DNA of 64,000 bases from an uncultured Pelagibacteraceae bacterium (GCA_902634045.1 CACPJE010000001.1:4319-68318); one strand, 5' to 3'. Numbered from the stretch's first letter, positions 1 to 9,868 are shown. Translations and numbers: made by a program. Notes: generated by a model from the sequence alone, not told the origin.

Positions 1-62
1 AAGTCTGCAATATTTTCCCAAGAGGATTCGATCAGTTCTTTAATATTATCTATTTCACTCAT
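1..62 (-). CDS. Unidentified CDS, 5' end only (runs off the window start)
   Basis: ATG at 62 on the minus strand, 4 nt after the argB stop. The frame stays open to position 1 and translates as MSEIDNIKELIESSWENIAD. Too short to assign a product. Confidence 0.35.
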   Translation of the reverse strand, partial: MSEIDNIKELIESSWENIAD

Positions 63-66
63 CCGA

Positions 67-960
67 TTACTTTCTCTTAATTAGAGTTCCAGCTCCTTTT
101 TTAGTTAACAACTCCATAAGAACCGCATCTGGTTTTCTTCCGTCAATAAGAGCTACACCTTTTGCGCCTTTTCTAAGAGTGCTAAAACAAGCCTTAATTT
201 TTGGTATCATTCCACCTTTTATAGTGCCTTTTCTTATGTATTCAAATGCTTTTTTGTGATTGAGTTCAGCGATTAATTTTCTATCTTTATCTAATACTCC
301 TGCAACATCTGTTAATAATAAAAGTCTTTGAGCCTTTAAACTTTCAGCTATAAATCCAGCTGCAGTGTCAGCATTAATATTAAAGCTATTCTTTTTGTTG
401 TCGTAACCAATTGGTGAAATAACAGGGATTATTCCCTTAGATAGTAATTGATTTAAATATTTTTTATCCAATTTTGTAGGTGAACCAACAAATCCTAATT
501 TTCCACCCATTATGAAATCTGCTTTGATTATCTTATTGTTTATTCCATTTATAGATTTTGCATTACCACCGCATGCTCGTATTTCATCTAAGATCATTTT
601 ATTTAATTGTCTTGCTAAAATATTTTTTACAACTGCAAGAATTTTTTTAGTTGTAACTCTTAATCCTTGATACTCTCTATCCTGTATTTTTCTCTTCTTA
701 AGCTCCTTTTCAATTTGAGGACCCCCACCATGAACAACAATGACTTTTATTCCTACTTTACTCAATAAAGCAATATTTCTTGCAAATGATTTTACTAAAT
801 GAGTTTTAGTAAGCGCGTAGCCACCATATTTAATAACAATAATTTTATTTTTATATTTTGATATAAATGAGTCAGAGTGAGAATGATATTTTTCCCCTTT
901 AGACCAAAATTTTTTAAGCAGTTGTTCTTTTGAAAGAACTTTTTGAGCAGAAATTGACAT
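67..960 (-). CDS. argB: Acetylglutamate kinase
   Basis: 297 aa. Amino-acid-kinase motifs IVIKYGG, VVHGGGPQI and NINADTAAG. Confidence 0.93.
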   Translation of the reverse strand: MSISAQKVLSKEQLLKKFWSKGEKYHSHSDSFISKYKNKIIVIKYGGYALTKTHLVKSFARNIALLSKVGIKVIVVHGGGPQIEKELKKRKIQDREYQGLRVTTKKILAVVKNILARQLNKMILDEIRACGGNAKSINGINNKIIKADFIMGGKLGFVGSPTKLDKKYLNQLLSKGIIPVISPIGYDNKKNSFNINADTAAGFIAESLKAQRLLLLTDVAGVLDKDRKLIAELNHKKAFEYIRKGTIKGGMIPKIKACFSTLRKGAKGVALIDGRKPDAVLMELLTKKGAGTLIKRK

Positions 961-968
961 AATATTTG

Positions 969-2690
969 CTAATTTGTTTTAACAGTTGTTCTGCGGGTAA
1001 TAATCCACTGCTGAATAATTGAAAGAATATTATTTGTTGTCCAATAGATAACAAGTCCAGCCGCAAACTGTGCAAGTAGAATTGTTATGAATAATGGAAA
1101 AAACATAAATATTTTTGCTTGAATAGGATCAGGCGGTGCCGGATTAAGCTTTTGTTGTAAATACATCGTGATACCCATAAGGACAGGCCATACACCAATG
1201 ATCATGAAGGAAGGAGGATCCCAAGGGATTAATCCAAATAAATTAAATATAGTTGTAGGATCTTTTGCAGCTAAGTCTTGTATCCAACCATAAAATGGTG
1301 CATGTCTCATTTCAATAGATACAAATAACATCTTATAAATAGCAAAGAAGAAAGGGATTTGAATTAAAATTGGAAGACAACCTGAGATTGGGTTAACCTT
1401 TTCTTTTTTATATAGATCCATCAATGCTTTTTGTTGCTGTTGTCTATCTTCTTTATGCAGCTCTTTAATTCTAGTCATTTCAGGTTGAAGCATTTTCATC
1501 TTAGCCATTGAGACAAATGACCAGTTGGCAAGAGGAAAGAAAATTATTCTGGTTATTACTGTCAGTATAATTATTGCTAGTCCAAAGTTTCCAGAAATAC
1601 CTGAGAAATAATAGATAATATAGAAGAGAGGTTTTGTTAAAAAATAGAACATGCCCCAATCGATAGCTAAATCAAAATTATATATATTGAAGTCCTCTTG
1701 ATATTGATCAATTAATTTAGCTTCTTTAGCACCGATAAAAACTTTGCTGTTTACTTCAAATTCTTCTCCTGCCTTGATTGATTGAGCGTTCAAAGATCTG
1801 TAATAGGCTTTATAGGCATTATCATAATTGTAAATCGCTTTAAAAGGCTGCGTTTGATCAGGAATTAAAGCTGCTAGCCAATACTTGTCTGTAATGCCAA
1901 CCCAACCATTTTCACTTTCAAAATTAAGAGTTTCTCCGTCATCTTTTAAATTATCATAGTCAACATGTTCAAGTTCTTCATTTAGCACTCCTATAAGTCC
2001 TTCATGTAGAATAAACATGCCTGATAGTGTTGGAGCATTTTTACGAGCAATTTGGCTGGCATTATTTACAACAATTTCTTGATCAGATTTATTGATTATT
2101 TTTTGATTTATTGAAAATAGGTAGTTTTCATCTACAGAAATACTTGTTCTATATATTTGACCAGTAGTATTTGACCACTCAAAATCTAATTGACTATTAT
2201 CTCGAAGAGTATTTGAAGCGCTGATTAGTCTCCACTCAGAATCTGATGTAGGAATTTCAAATGTAGCATTTTTATCTTTAAGCCAACCGAATGTTAATTC
2301 ATATCCATCTTCTGTGTTTATAGGGCTTAAAAGTCTTATTGTTGATGAGTCTTTGTCGAGTGTTTCTTGATATTTTTTTAGTACGACATCGTCAATTTTT
2401 AAACCTTTCAAATTAATTGAGCCTTCTAAGCTTTGAGTATCTATATTAACACGAGCGCTGCTTTGAAGTGAATTTTCTAGAGTTTCAAATGATTGTTTTT
2501 TAATTCCTAAATCTTCTTCTATTAGATTTAATTCTTCAGTTGCAAGTTCAGTGACCTCACCAATGGAGTCTTGCTGGCTTAACTCTATTGATTGATTTAT
2601 TTGTTGCCTTGGAGCTTCAATTAAAACAGTCCAAAGAAGTAAAACTCCAACAGAAAGAACTATTGCAAGAATTAGATTTCTAGTTTCCAT
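969..2690 (-). CDS. yidC: Membrane protein insertase YidC
   Basis: 573 aa. N-terminal TM, large periplasmic domain, and C-terminal insertase core (GCLPILIQIPFFFAIY). Classic rpmH-rnpA-yidD-yidC synteny. Confidence 0.95.
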   Translation of the reverse strand: METRNLILAIVLSVGVLLLWTVLIEAPRQQINQSIELSQQDSIGEVTELATEELNLIEEDLGIKKQSFETLENSLQSSARVNIDTQSLEGSINLKGLKIDDVVLKKYQETLDKDSSTIRLLSPINTEDGYELTFGWLKDKNATFEIPTSDSEWRLISASNTLRDNSQLDFEWSNTTGQIYRTSISVDENYLFSINQKIINKSDQEIVVNNASQIARKNAPTLSGMFILHEGLIGVLNEELEHVDYDNLKDDGETLNFESENGWVGITDKYWLAALIPDQTQPFKAIYNYDNAYKAYYRSLNAQSIKAGEEFEVNSKVFIGAKEAKLIDQYQEDFNIYNFDLAIDWGMFYFLTKPLFYIIYYFSGISGNFGLAIIILTVITRIIFFPLANWSFVSMAKMKMLQPEMTRIKELHKEDRQQQQKALMDLYKKEKVNPISGCLPILIQIPFFFAIYKMLFVSIEMRHAPFYGWIQDLAAKDPTTIFNLFGLIPWDPPSFMIIGVWPVLMGITMYLQQKLNPAPPDPIQAKIFMFFPLFITILLAQFAAGLVIYWTTNNILSIIQQWIITRRTTVKTN

Positions 2691-2695
2691 ATTTT

Positions 2696-2929
2696 CTATT
2701 CTTTCTCAGGTACAGGGTCATATCCCTCTGAACCACCTAGGAGCTTAATTGGATGACATTTCATTAATCTTTTAGAAGCTAATTTAGAACCTTTAATTAT
2801 CCCATGCTTATCAATCGCTTCTTTTGCATATTCGGAGCATGTAGGCTGGAACCGACATGATTGTGGAAAATATGGTGATATCAATCTTTGATATAAAATG
2901 ATAATGAATACAAATATTTTTTTTAGCAT
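2696..2929 (-). CDS. yidD: Membrane protein insertion efficiency factor YidD
   Basis: 77 aa with the conserved [10 protein letters not shown] motif, located between rnpA and yidC. Confidence 0.9.
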   Translation of the reverse strand: MLKKIFVFIIILYQRLISPYFPQSCRFQPTCSEYAKEAIDKHGIIKGSKLASKRLMKCHPIKLLGGSEGYDPVPEKE

Positions 2930-2935
2930 AAAGTT

Positions 2936-3268
2936 CTACTTATGAATTTTTTTAATAGCAGATGTTAGTTCTTTTAATAAACTTTGAAAGTCTACTATTA
3001 AAGTATTTTTTTTACCAATAATCACATAATCCCAGTTTTTTTTACCATACTTCTCAAAAATAAGGTTTGATATGGATCTTAATCTTCTTTTTATTCTATT
3101 TCTATTTACTGCATTTCCATTTTGCTTCGAAACGGTAAATCCAACCCTGGTTACATCTTCTCTGTCATTTTGGATAGCTTGTAATAAAAATGAAGTACTT
3201 CTATAAAATAATCCATTTTTAGCATTCTGAAAATCCTTAGAGGATTTAATCGTTTCTAACTTTACCAT
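2936..3268 (-). CDS. rnpA: Ribonuclease P protein component
   Basis: 110-aa basic protein with the RNRIKRRLR motif, directly downstream of rpmH. Confidence 0.9.
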   Translation of the reverse strand: MVKLETIKSSKDFQNAKNGLFYRSTSFLLQAIQNDREDVTRVGFTVSKQNGNAVNRNRIKRRLRSISNLIFEKYGKKNWDYVIIGKKNTLIVDFQSLLKELTSAIKKIHK

Positions 3269-3286
3269 TTAATGATTGAAAGATAA

Positions 3287-3421
3287 TTAAGCTGATAATT
3301 CTTTTCTACCCTTGGCACGCCTTCTTGCCAAGATGATACGTCCATTTTTGGTTGCAGACCTAGATCTAAAACCATGTCTTCTTTTTTTTACGAGGTTACT
3401 TGGTTGGAATGTTCTTTTCAT
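3287..3421 (-). CDS. rpmH: 50S ribosomal protein L34
   Basis: Not in the supplied ORF track (44 aa). Manual minus-strand translation from ATG 3421 gives [44 protein letters not shown], with TAA at 3287-3289. This is a canonical L34 sequence. Confidence 0.93.
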   Translation of the reverse strand: MKRTFQPSNLVKKRRHGFRSRSATKNGRIILARRRAKGRKELSA

Positions 3422-3503
3422 AGACTGTATTATACTTACTTAGATGCAATGGCTTATAAATTGCATTAATTCGATAGTCAATTACTATTGCAAGATAGAA
3501 TCA

Positions 3504-4193
3504 ATGTCTATTAAACGCTCAATAATACTAGTAATCTCGCTATTAATTGTAGTTGGAATTGTATATCTGATTGGAGTATACAATCCAATATCAATAGAAT
3601 TTATCATTAATCAACATGGGCAGATAAAAAATATTATTAGTGAGAAGCCAATTTTGTCTTTTACAACAACTATTTTTATTGTTGTATTTTTGGTCTCAAT
3701 TATGGGCCCTATTACTCCAATATGTATTCTAGCTGGGTTTTATTTTGGTTTTTATGAAGGACTCATTATTTTAATAATTGGTGAGACTTTAGGTGCAGTC
3801 ATAGTTTTTTTATATGGAAGATATTTATTTAAAGAGTATTTTCTTAGGTTGTTAGGAGAAAGATTTAGTAAGTTTAAAGAGGGATTTAATAAGAATGCTA
3901 TTAGCTATTTAATGTTTGTCAGAGTAGTCGGGGGCACTCCATTTGGGGTGCAAAATCTTTTACCAGCCATATTAGATATGAAACTAAGAGATTATTTTAT
4001 AGCAACAATTTTTGGAGTAATCCCCTGGGCATATATTCTTGTAAGTTTAGGAAATGGTTTGAGCAACATTGTTGAAGCAGAACAATTTGATAGCAGCATG
4101 TTGTTTAAAGCTGAATATATTACTCCATTAATTATCATAGCTACGATTGTACTTTTACCAGTATTATATAAATTATTAAAAAAAAGATTTTAG
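3504..4193 (+). CDS. TVP38/TMEM64 (DedA-related) family membrane protein
   Basis: The ORF is open from 3444. I prefer ATG 3504 (MSIKRSIILVISLLIVVG), which gives a normal signal-anchor N-terminus and leaves 82 nt for the divergent rpmH promoter. Multiple TM helices. Family resemblance is recalled, not searched. Confidence 0.7.
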   Translation: MSIKRSIILVISLLIVVGIVYLIGVYNPISIEFIINQHGQIKNIISEKPILSFTTTIFIVVFLVSIMGPITPICILAGFYFGFYEGLIILIIGETLGAVIVFLYGRYLFKEYFLRLLGERFSKFKEGFNKNAISYLMFVRVVGGTPFGVQNLLPAILDMKLRDYFIATIFGVIPWAYILVSLGNGLSNIVEAEQFDSSMLFKAEYITPLIIIATIVLLPVLYKLLKKRF

Positions 4194-4233
4194 TCACTAT
4201 CACAATCAAGTAGATTAAATGAATATTTTTTTT

Positions 4234-4310
4234 GCGCCGGTGGCTCAGCTGGATAGAGCACCAGACTACGAATCTGGGGGTCGGGAGTTCGAATCTCTCC
4301 CGGCGCGCCA
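4234..4310 (+). tRNA. tRNA-Arg (anticodon ACG), CCA encoded
   Basis: Folded by hand into a 77-nt cloverleaf. Acceptor GCGCCGG/CCGGCGC, D stem GCTC/GAGC, anticodon stem CCAGA/TCTGG with loop CTACGAA, T stem GGGAG/CTCCC with loop TTCGAAT, discriminator G, then CCA. Confidence 0.93.
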
Positions 4311-4326
4311 AGTAAGGTTTTTAATT

Positions 4327-5199
4327 ATGATTAAGCTCAATAATATTCAAAAAGGAACTCTGCTCGCATTTATTGGAGTTATGATTGTAACTCCTGATAC
4401 TTTACTCATCAGGATGGTATCTTTGGATACTTGGAGTTTATTATTTTACAGATCCTTATTCCCTTCTTTAGCTCTTTTTCTTGGCTATCTAATTCTATTT
4501 AAGGGTAGAACATTCACAGATTTTTATAACATTGGAATACCCGGAGTTATAAATGCATTATGTGTTTTGGGTGGTAATATTACTTTTATCTTTGCTTTAG
4601 CTTATACAAATGTTGCAAATACTTTGATAATGATTAGTTTAATCCCATTAACAGCAGCTTTATTTTCATCTATTTTTTTAAAAGAAAAATCTCTACCTAT
4701 TACATGGATAAGCATGATTGCTTGTTTATTGGCCGTGATATTTATTTTTTATGAGTCCTACTCATTAGGTAGATTTTTGGGTGATTTTTTTGGTTTGTTG
4801 TGTGCTTGCTTTGTTGGAGCAAGCCTCACTGTCATGAGAAGCTATAGCGAAATTAACTTTGTACCTTCATATATTTTAGGTAAGTTTTTAACAGCTGTAT
4901 TTGCTCTACCATTTGTTGTTACATTTGTAATTGTCGGGTTTGATCTAATTTTTACGTCCTTAATGATAATTACTGTAGGAGTTTCTTTTGTATTTATTAG
5001 TCTTGCGCCACAATATATCAGCTCACCTCAGGTAGGTATTTTTTTTCTTTTAGAAACTGCTCTTGGACCTCTTTGGGTTTGGTTATTTATTGCAGAAGAA
5101 CCAACGAAAAATACATTAATTGGAGGAGCAGTAATTATATTGATTATCTTTTTTCATTCCTTATATATTATTGGTAAAGAAAAGAGTACATCAGTGTGA
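4327..5199 (+). CDS. EamA/DMT-family permease
   Basis: The track ORF 4219-5199 reads through the tRNA. The first plausible start is ATG 4327 (MIKLNNIQKG). About 10 hydrophobic segments, typical of drug/metabolite transporter family proteins. Confidence 0.8.
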   Translation: MIKLNNIQKGTLLAFIGVMIVTPDTLLIRMVSLDTWSLLFYRSLFPSLALFLGYLILFKGRTFTDFYNIGIPGVINALCVLGGNITFIFALAYTNVANTLIMISLIPLTAALFSSIFLKEKSLPITWISMIACLLAVIFIFYESYSLGRFLGDFFGLLCACFVGASLTVMRSYSEINFVPSYILGKFLTAVFALPFVVTFVIVGFDLIFTSLMIITVGVSFVFISLAPQYISSPQVGIFFLLETALGPLWVWLFIAEEPTKNTLIGGAVIILIIFFHSLYIIGKEKSTSV

Positions 5200-6275
5200 T
5201 ATTCAGAAAAAAAATATTCAGTATAATCATTTTTTTTATTTTTCTTGGTTGCGCACAACCACAATCTTCTCTTCCAGTCTATAATGAGCAGTTCACATTA
5301 GAGGAACAAAAAATTCAATCACAATTATTTGCAGAAAGTTGGCTAAATGCCTATTTGGATCTGTCTGAGGTAGGATATAGGATTTTGTTCGGTGCGGCTG
5401 ATTTGTGTCTTGAAGAAGATCAGATCTATGACATTGGCATAGATGTTGCCACAAAATTTAGTGGACCAGAAAAAATAAGAGAGGAAATATCTGTTATTTT
5501 AGATTTAGACGAAAGGCTAAGTATTGTTGCAGTTGGGGAAAATACTCCAGCTAGCAGGGCAGGACTTTTAAGAGGAGATAAAATAATTGTAATCGATAAT
5601 GTAACAGCTCCTGCAGGTGAAAATGCTTCAAAAGAATTTTATAAGATTATGAATAAAGAATATCCCAAGACTTATGAGTTTATTGTACTAAGAGGAGAAC
5701 TAGAGGTTCAAGTAAGTTTAGAGACATCCAAACGATGCAGATTTAATCATACTGTTGATTTTGATAATAATACCTTCAATGCTTTTGCAGATGGAAATAA
5801 TATGTATTTTACTCTAAGAATTACCAAGTGGCTCCTTCAGCAAGATCTAGGAGTGGCAATCGTGTATGCTCATGAATTAGGGCATAATGCTAATAGACAT
5901 ATTGATGATAAAAAAACAAATGCAGGCGTTGGAATGAGTGTTGGTTTACTTGCTGGTATTTTACTTGGGGGCACAGTTGGGCAAACTCAAGATCTAATGG
6001 ATATGGGAGCACAAATTGGAGCTAATCAATATTCAGTTGCTTATGAAAATGAAGCAGACTATTTAAGTTTATATGCATTAGCATTGTCAGGGTATGATAT
6101 TGAAGATACAGTAAATTTTTGGAGAAGATTTGCTGTAGAGGTTCCAAACTCTATTTATGCTAGCACAACTCACCCTTCAACGAGCGAAAGGTTTATTAGA
6201 ATGGAAGCTACTATAAAAGAAATACAAGACAAAATTAATAATGGAGATATTCTTTTACCTACTTATAATGAATAG
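5196..6275 (+). CDS. M48-type zinc metallopeptidase lipoprotein with PDZ-like segment
   Basis: GTG start overlaps the upstream stop (GTGA). Lipobox-like signal (IFFIFLGC), PDZ-like GLLRGDKIIVIDN, zinc motif HELGH, and downstream ENEADY. Confidence 0.78.
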   Translation: MIFRKKIFSIIIFFIFLGCAQPQSSLPVYNEQFTLEEQKIQSQLFAESWLNAYLDLSEVGYRILFGAADLCLEEDQIYDIGIDVATKFSGPEKIREEISVILDLDERLSIVAVGENTPASRAGLLRGDKIIVIDNVTAPAGENASKEFYKIMNKEYPKTYEFIVLRGELEVQVSLETSKRCRFNHTVDFDNNTFNAFADGNNMYFTLRITKWLLQQDLGVAIVYAHELGHNANRHIDDKKTNAGVGMSVGLLAGILLGGTVGQTQDLMDMGAQIGANQYSVAYENEADYLSLYALALSGYDIEDTVNFWRRFAVEVPNSIYASTTHPSTSERFIRMEATIKEIQDKINNGDILLPTYNE

Positions 6276-6370
6276 AAATCAATTTTGATGAGCTTAATTA
6301 ACGGATTACTGCTAATAATCGCAATGATTATAATTTTTTCACTTGGACTAAGTGGATTAATTGAAATTAT

Positions 6371-6826
6371 TTAACCAATTCTAAATTTTCTTTTAATCTT
6401 TCTTTTTTCCCTTACTGCCGTTAAAGGTTGATATGCTACTTTGTGGTGAGTTTGGCAGTATACAAACCCTTCATTAGTTGTGCGTCCACAAAACCTAAAG
6501 TCACTATTCTCAGGTTCTCCAATTGGCCACCTGCACAAGCCATCTTTTATTTCTAAGAATGGAGTTGGGTTCATTGGTTCATCCGTTTGGGTAGTAATCT
6601 CAATAATTTTTTGATTTTTTGGAATATGAATTTTTTTCTTTCTTATTATAGATATCCCTGAGCTTGGGCTTTTAGAAGCCATCCTCCCAGAAAGCCCAAG
6701 TCTATGAGCTTTTCCAATTACTGCATTTCTTGTTACGTCTCCTAATTCTGCAGCAATGCGACTAGCAGTTAAGCCCTCTTCCCAAAGTTTTTTTAGTTTT
6801 TCAATTCTTTCGTAGGTCCAAGCCAT
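6371..6826 (-). CDS. gcrA: Cell-cycle transcriptional regulator GcrA
   Basis: 151 aa. The N-terminus MAWTYERIEKLKKLWEEGLTASRIAAELG..TRNAVIGKAHRLGL is the conserved GcrA domain. C-terminal CRWPIGEP...FCG is also present. Confidence 0.92.
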   Translation of the reverse strand: MAWTYERIEKLKKLWEEGLTASRIAAELGDVTRNAVIGKAHRLGLSGRMASKSPSSGISIIRKKKIHIPKNQKIIEITTQTDEPMNPTPFLEIKDGLCRWPIGEPENSDFRFCGRTTNEGFVYCQTHHKVAYQPLTAVREKRKIKRKFRIG

Positions 6827-7023
6827 AAATTCCTCTAAGTTAAAAGTTGAAAAATCTTAGCACTATATTTCGTGGGTTATCAATAAAAATATACCAAATA
6901 TAGTGATGAATTTTAGCTATTTATATTATAAAAACAAAATAGGTATATTTATCAGTGAAGTAGAAGCTAATTAGGAAGTTATTAATTAATGACTTTTTTT
7001 AGAAATTAATTAAATAGACAACA

Positions 7024-7791
7024 ATGAATAAGTCATTAATTAGTTTTATTACTTTATATAAAAAAGAAGTTCAAAGGTTTACTAAAATCCCCTTGCAAAC
7101 AATTGCAGCTCCAGCAGCGACTGGCCTGCTATTCATGGTTATTTTTACTACTGCAATAGGCTCAGCTAAAACTAATTATCCATTAGAAAGCTTTAAAGGA
7201 TTTTTATTTCCCGGGTTAGTTATGATGACAATTATTCAGAACGCTTTTATGAATAACTCATCTTCTATACTGATGTCAAAAGTTCAGGGAAACATTGTGG
7301 ATTTGTTAATGCCACCATTGCTAGACTTTGAGATAGTTGCAGCCTTCACTCTTGCAGGAATTACAAGAGGAGTAATTGTAGCGATTGCAACTGCAGCAGT
7401 AATGGTTCCATTCATTGATTTTCAGATACATAGTTTATGGGTAATCTTGTTTTTTTCTGTCTTTGCTTCAGCAATTATGTCTTTAGTAGGATTTATTAGT
7501 GGAATATGGGCTGAAAAATGGGATCACTTAGGAACCGTGGGTAATTTCGTTATCGTACCATTGTCATTTTTATCAGGTACATTTTACTCAATTTCTGTTT
7601 TACCAGAAATAATTCAGCAAGTTAGTTTAATTAATCCTTTCTTTTATATGATTGATGGATTTAGATATGGTTTTATTGGAGCTAGCGATGCATCTTTAGT
7701 TGTTTCTTTTTCAGTGATATTCACATTATTTATTTTTTTATTAATTACTTCATATTTTATTCTTAAGAGTGGATATAAGTTAAGAAGTTAA
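7024..7791 (+). CDS. ABC-2 family transporter permease (YadH-like)
   Basis: 255 aa, about 6 TM. RFTKIPLQT near the N-terminus and LNPFFYMIDGFRYGFIG near the C-terminus resemble E. coli YadH as recalled. No ATPase gene is adjacent. Confidence 0.85.
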   Translation: MNKSLISFITLYKKEVQRFTKIPLQTIAAPAATGLLFMVIFTTAIGSAKTNYPLESFKGFLFPGLVMMTIIQNAFMNNSSSILMSKVQGNIVDLLMPPLLDFEIVAAFTLAGITRGVIVAIATAAVMVPFIDFQIHSLWVILFFSVFASAIMSLVGFISGIWAEKWDHLGTVGNFVIVPLSFLSGTFYSISVLPEIIQQVSLINPFFYMIDGFRYGFIGASDASLVVSFSVIFTLFIFLLITSYFILKSGYKLRS

Positions 7792-7792
7792 G

Positions 7793-8956
7793 ATGACAAA
7801 TATATTACCAACTTATCCTAGATCAAATCTAGAATTTACTCATGGCAAAGGCTGCTATTTATATAGTCTTGATGGAAATGAATATTTAGATTTTGGTTCA
7901 GGCATTGCCGTCAATTCCCTTGGCTATTCTCATGAATACTTAAATAATAAGTTACTAGAACAATCTGAAAAATTATGGCATGTGTCAAATATTTATCAAA
8001 TTCCTCAGCAAGAAAAGCTTGCTAAAAGATTATGTGAGATTTCATTTGCTGATTATGCTTTCTTTTGTAACTCCGGAACAGAAGCTGTTGAAGCAAGTAT
8101 TAAAATCGCTAGAAGATATTTTAACAAACGAAATAATTCAAAGACAAAAAATGAAATAATCACTTTTGAAGGTTCCTTTCATGGAAGAACCATTGGATCT
8201 CTTGCTGCGGGTGGGCCAGATAAACTTGAAAGTTTTAATACTTCTGTAAATGGATTTAAGCACATTGAATTTGGCAATCATGAGATTCTAAAAAAAGAAA
8301 TAAATGAAAATACTGCTGCAATAATTATTGAACCTCTTCAAGGAGAGGGTGGGATAAGAGAAGTTCCCTCTGAATGTTTAAAAGGTGTAAGAAAAATCTG
8401 TGATGAAAATGATACTTTGTTAATTTTTGATGAGGTTCAATGTGGAGTAGGAAGAACTGGAAAGATGTTTGCTCACGAGTGGTCTGATATAGTTCCTGAT
8501 GTAATGACTGTTGCAAAAGCAATCGGAAATGGTTTCCCACTTGGTGTTTGCTTAACTTCTAAAAGAGTTGGATCTACAATGGATTTTGGCTCTCATGGAT
8601 CTACTTATGGAGGTAACCCCCTTGCATCAGCTGTAGGAAATGCTGTTCTCGATGTTATGCTTGAAGAAAATTTTTTTAATAATGTTAAAGACGTTTCAAA
8701 AAATTTACTAGCTGGACTTCAATTGATTCAAAAAGACTTTCCTAATGTTATAGAGTTAGTTAGGGGCAAAGGATTAATGCTGGGTATAAAATGTAAGGTT
8801 CAAAATACTGATTTTGTAGAAAATGCTAGAAGAAACAAATTATTATCAGTTAAAGCATCCGATAATGTAGTGAGGTTAATGCCACCACTTATTTTAAGTC
8901 TTAAAGAGAGCAACGAAGGCCTTGAAAAGATTAGATCTACTTGTGAAAGTTTCTAA
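7793..8956 (+). CDS. argD: Acetylornithine aminotransferase
   Basis: 387-aa class-III aminotransferase. FDEVQCGVGRTGK and the PLP-lysine context TVAKAIGNG. Directly upstream of argF. Confidence 0.9.
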   Translation: MTNILPTYPRSNLEFTHGKGCYLYSLDGNEYLDFGSGIAVNSLGYSHEYLNNKLLEQSEKLWHVSNIYQIPQQEKLAKRLCEISFADYAFFCNSGTEAVEASIKIARRYFNKRNNSKTKNEIITFEGSFHGRTIGSLAAGGPDKLESFNTSVNGFKHIEFGNHEILKKEINENTAAIIIEPLQGEGGIREVPSECLKGVRKICDENDTLLIFDEVQCGVGRTGKMFAHEWSDIVPDVMTVAKAIGNGFPLGVCLTSKRVGSTMDFGSHGSTYGGNPLASAVGNAVLDVMLEENFFNNVKDVSKNLLAGLQLIQKDFPNVIELVRGKGLMLGIKCKVQNTDFVENARRNKLLSVKASDNVVRLMPPLILSLKESNEGLEKIRSTCESF

Positions 8957-8959
8957 AAA

Positions 8960-9868
8960 ATGAAACATTTTATTGAAATTAACGATTTCTCCAAAGAGGA
9001 GATTTTAAAATGCATCGATGATGCCATAAGACTAAAGAAAAAAAGTAGTCATCTTAGTTCTATTGCTTCAGGTAAAGTTCTTGCTATGATTTTTGAGAAG
9101 AGATCAACACGAACTAGGCTTTCATTTGATGTTGCTATAAGGCAATTAGGGGGGTCATCAATTGTATTAGACATTGGTGATATCCATTTAGGTGCTGGCA
9201 ATGAGAGCTTATCTGATACATCAAAAACTATTGCATTGTATGTTGATGCATTAGTTGTCAGAGTAAACAATCATAAAAATATTGTTGAAATGGCTAGAAA
9301 CTCATCAATTCCTATAATTAATGGTCTATCAAATATATCTCACCCTTGTCAAGTTATGGCAGATTTAATGACTATTAAAGAAGAAAAGAAGAGTTTAGAT
9401 CATTTGGATTTAGTTTGGATAGGTCCTATAACAAATGTAGCTCATTCATGGATAGAGGCATACAATAAAAAATTGGGATTTTCTCTTACAATCTGTTGTC
9501 CAGAGTCTTTACAGCGGAAGTATGAAGAAAAATGCAAACTTCATAATATTAATTTTAATAACGATATATTTGTTTCTGATACATCTAAAGATATTTTAGG
9601 TAAAGCAGATGTAATTATTACTGACACATGGGAGTCAATGGGAGAGAAGGTTGATAAAGAAGAGCTGCAAGAGCTTAAGAAGTTTACAGTTTCACAATCT
9701 ATAATGGAGATGGCTCCATCAGAGTGTTTATTCATGCACTGCTTGCCTGCTAATCGTAATCAAGAGGTTGAGGCAAAAGTAATTGATGGTCCATCATCAA
9801 GGGTTTGGCAAGAGGCTGAAAACAGACTTCATATTCAAAAGCAGATTTTAATTGAGTGTTTTAATTAA
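8960..9868 (+). CDS. argF: Ornithine carbamoyltransferase
   Basis: 302 aa with motifs STRTR, HPCQ, DTWESMG and HCLP. Confidence 0.93.
   Translation: MKHFIEINDFSKEEILKCIDDAIRLKKKSSHLSSIASGKVLAMIFEKRSTRTRLSFDVAIRQLGGSSIVLDIGDIHLGAGNESLSDTSKTIALYVDALVVRVNNHKNIVEMARNSSIPIINGLSNISHPCQVMADLMTIKEEKKSLDHLDLVWIGPITNVAHSWIEAYNKKLGFSLTICCPESLQRKYEEKCKLHNINFNNDIFVSDTSKDILGKADVIITDTWESMGEKVDKEELQELKKFTVSQSIMEMAPSECLFMHCLPANRNQEVEAKVIDGPSSRVWQEAENRLHIQKQILIECFN

Noticed and set aside
3444-3503. N-terminal extension (MQWLINCINSIVNYYCKIES) of the TVP38-like ORF.
   Set aside because: It would leave only 22 nt between divergent start codons, and it precedes a much more typical signal-anchor N-terminus at ATG 3504. 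I cannot exclude it without orthologue alignment.
4234-6275. tRNA-Arg as an integration site for a genomic island.
   Set aside because: There is no integrase, no direct repeat of the tRNA 3' end, and no compositional break that I could see downstream. The neighbouring genes are ordinary.
6288-6374. 28-aa hydrophobic ORF (MSLINGLLLIIAMIIIFSLGLSGLIEII) in the spacer between the M48 peptidase and gcrA, overlapping the gcrA stop by 4 nt.
   Set aside because: It has no SD. It is AT-rich sequence that easily yields Ile/Leu-rich frames by chance, and it is very short. It would need conservation or Ribo-seq evidence.
6827-7023. Search of the 197-nt gcrA upstream spacer for CtrA boxes (TTAA-N7-TTAA), DnaA boxes and CcrM GANTC sites.
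   Set aside because: I found only near-misses such as TTAG-N7-TTAA and no GANTC site at all. In AT-rich sequence, TTAA-based matches are uninformative.
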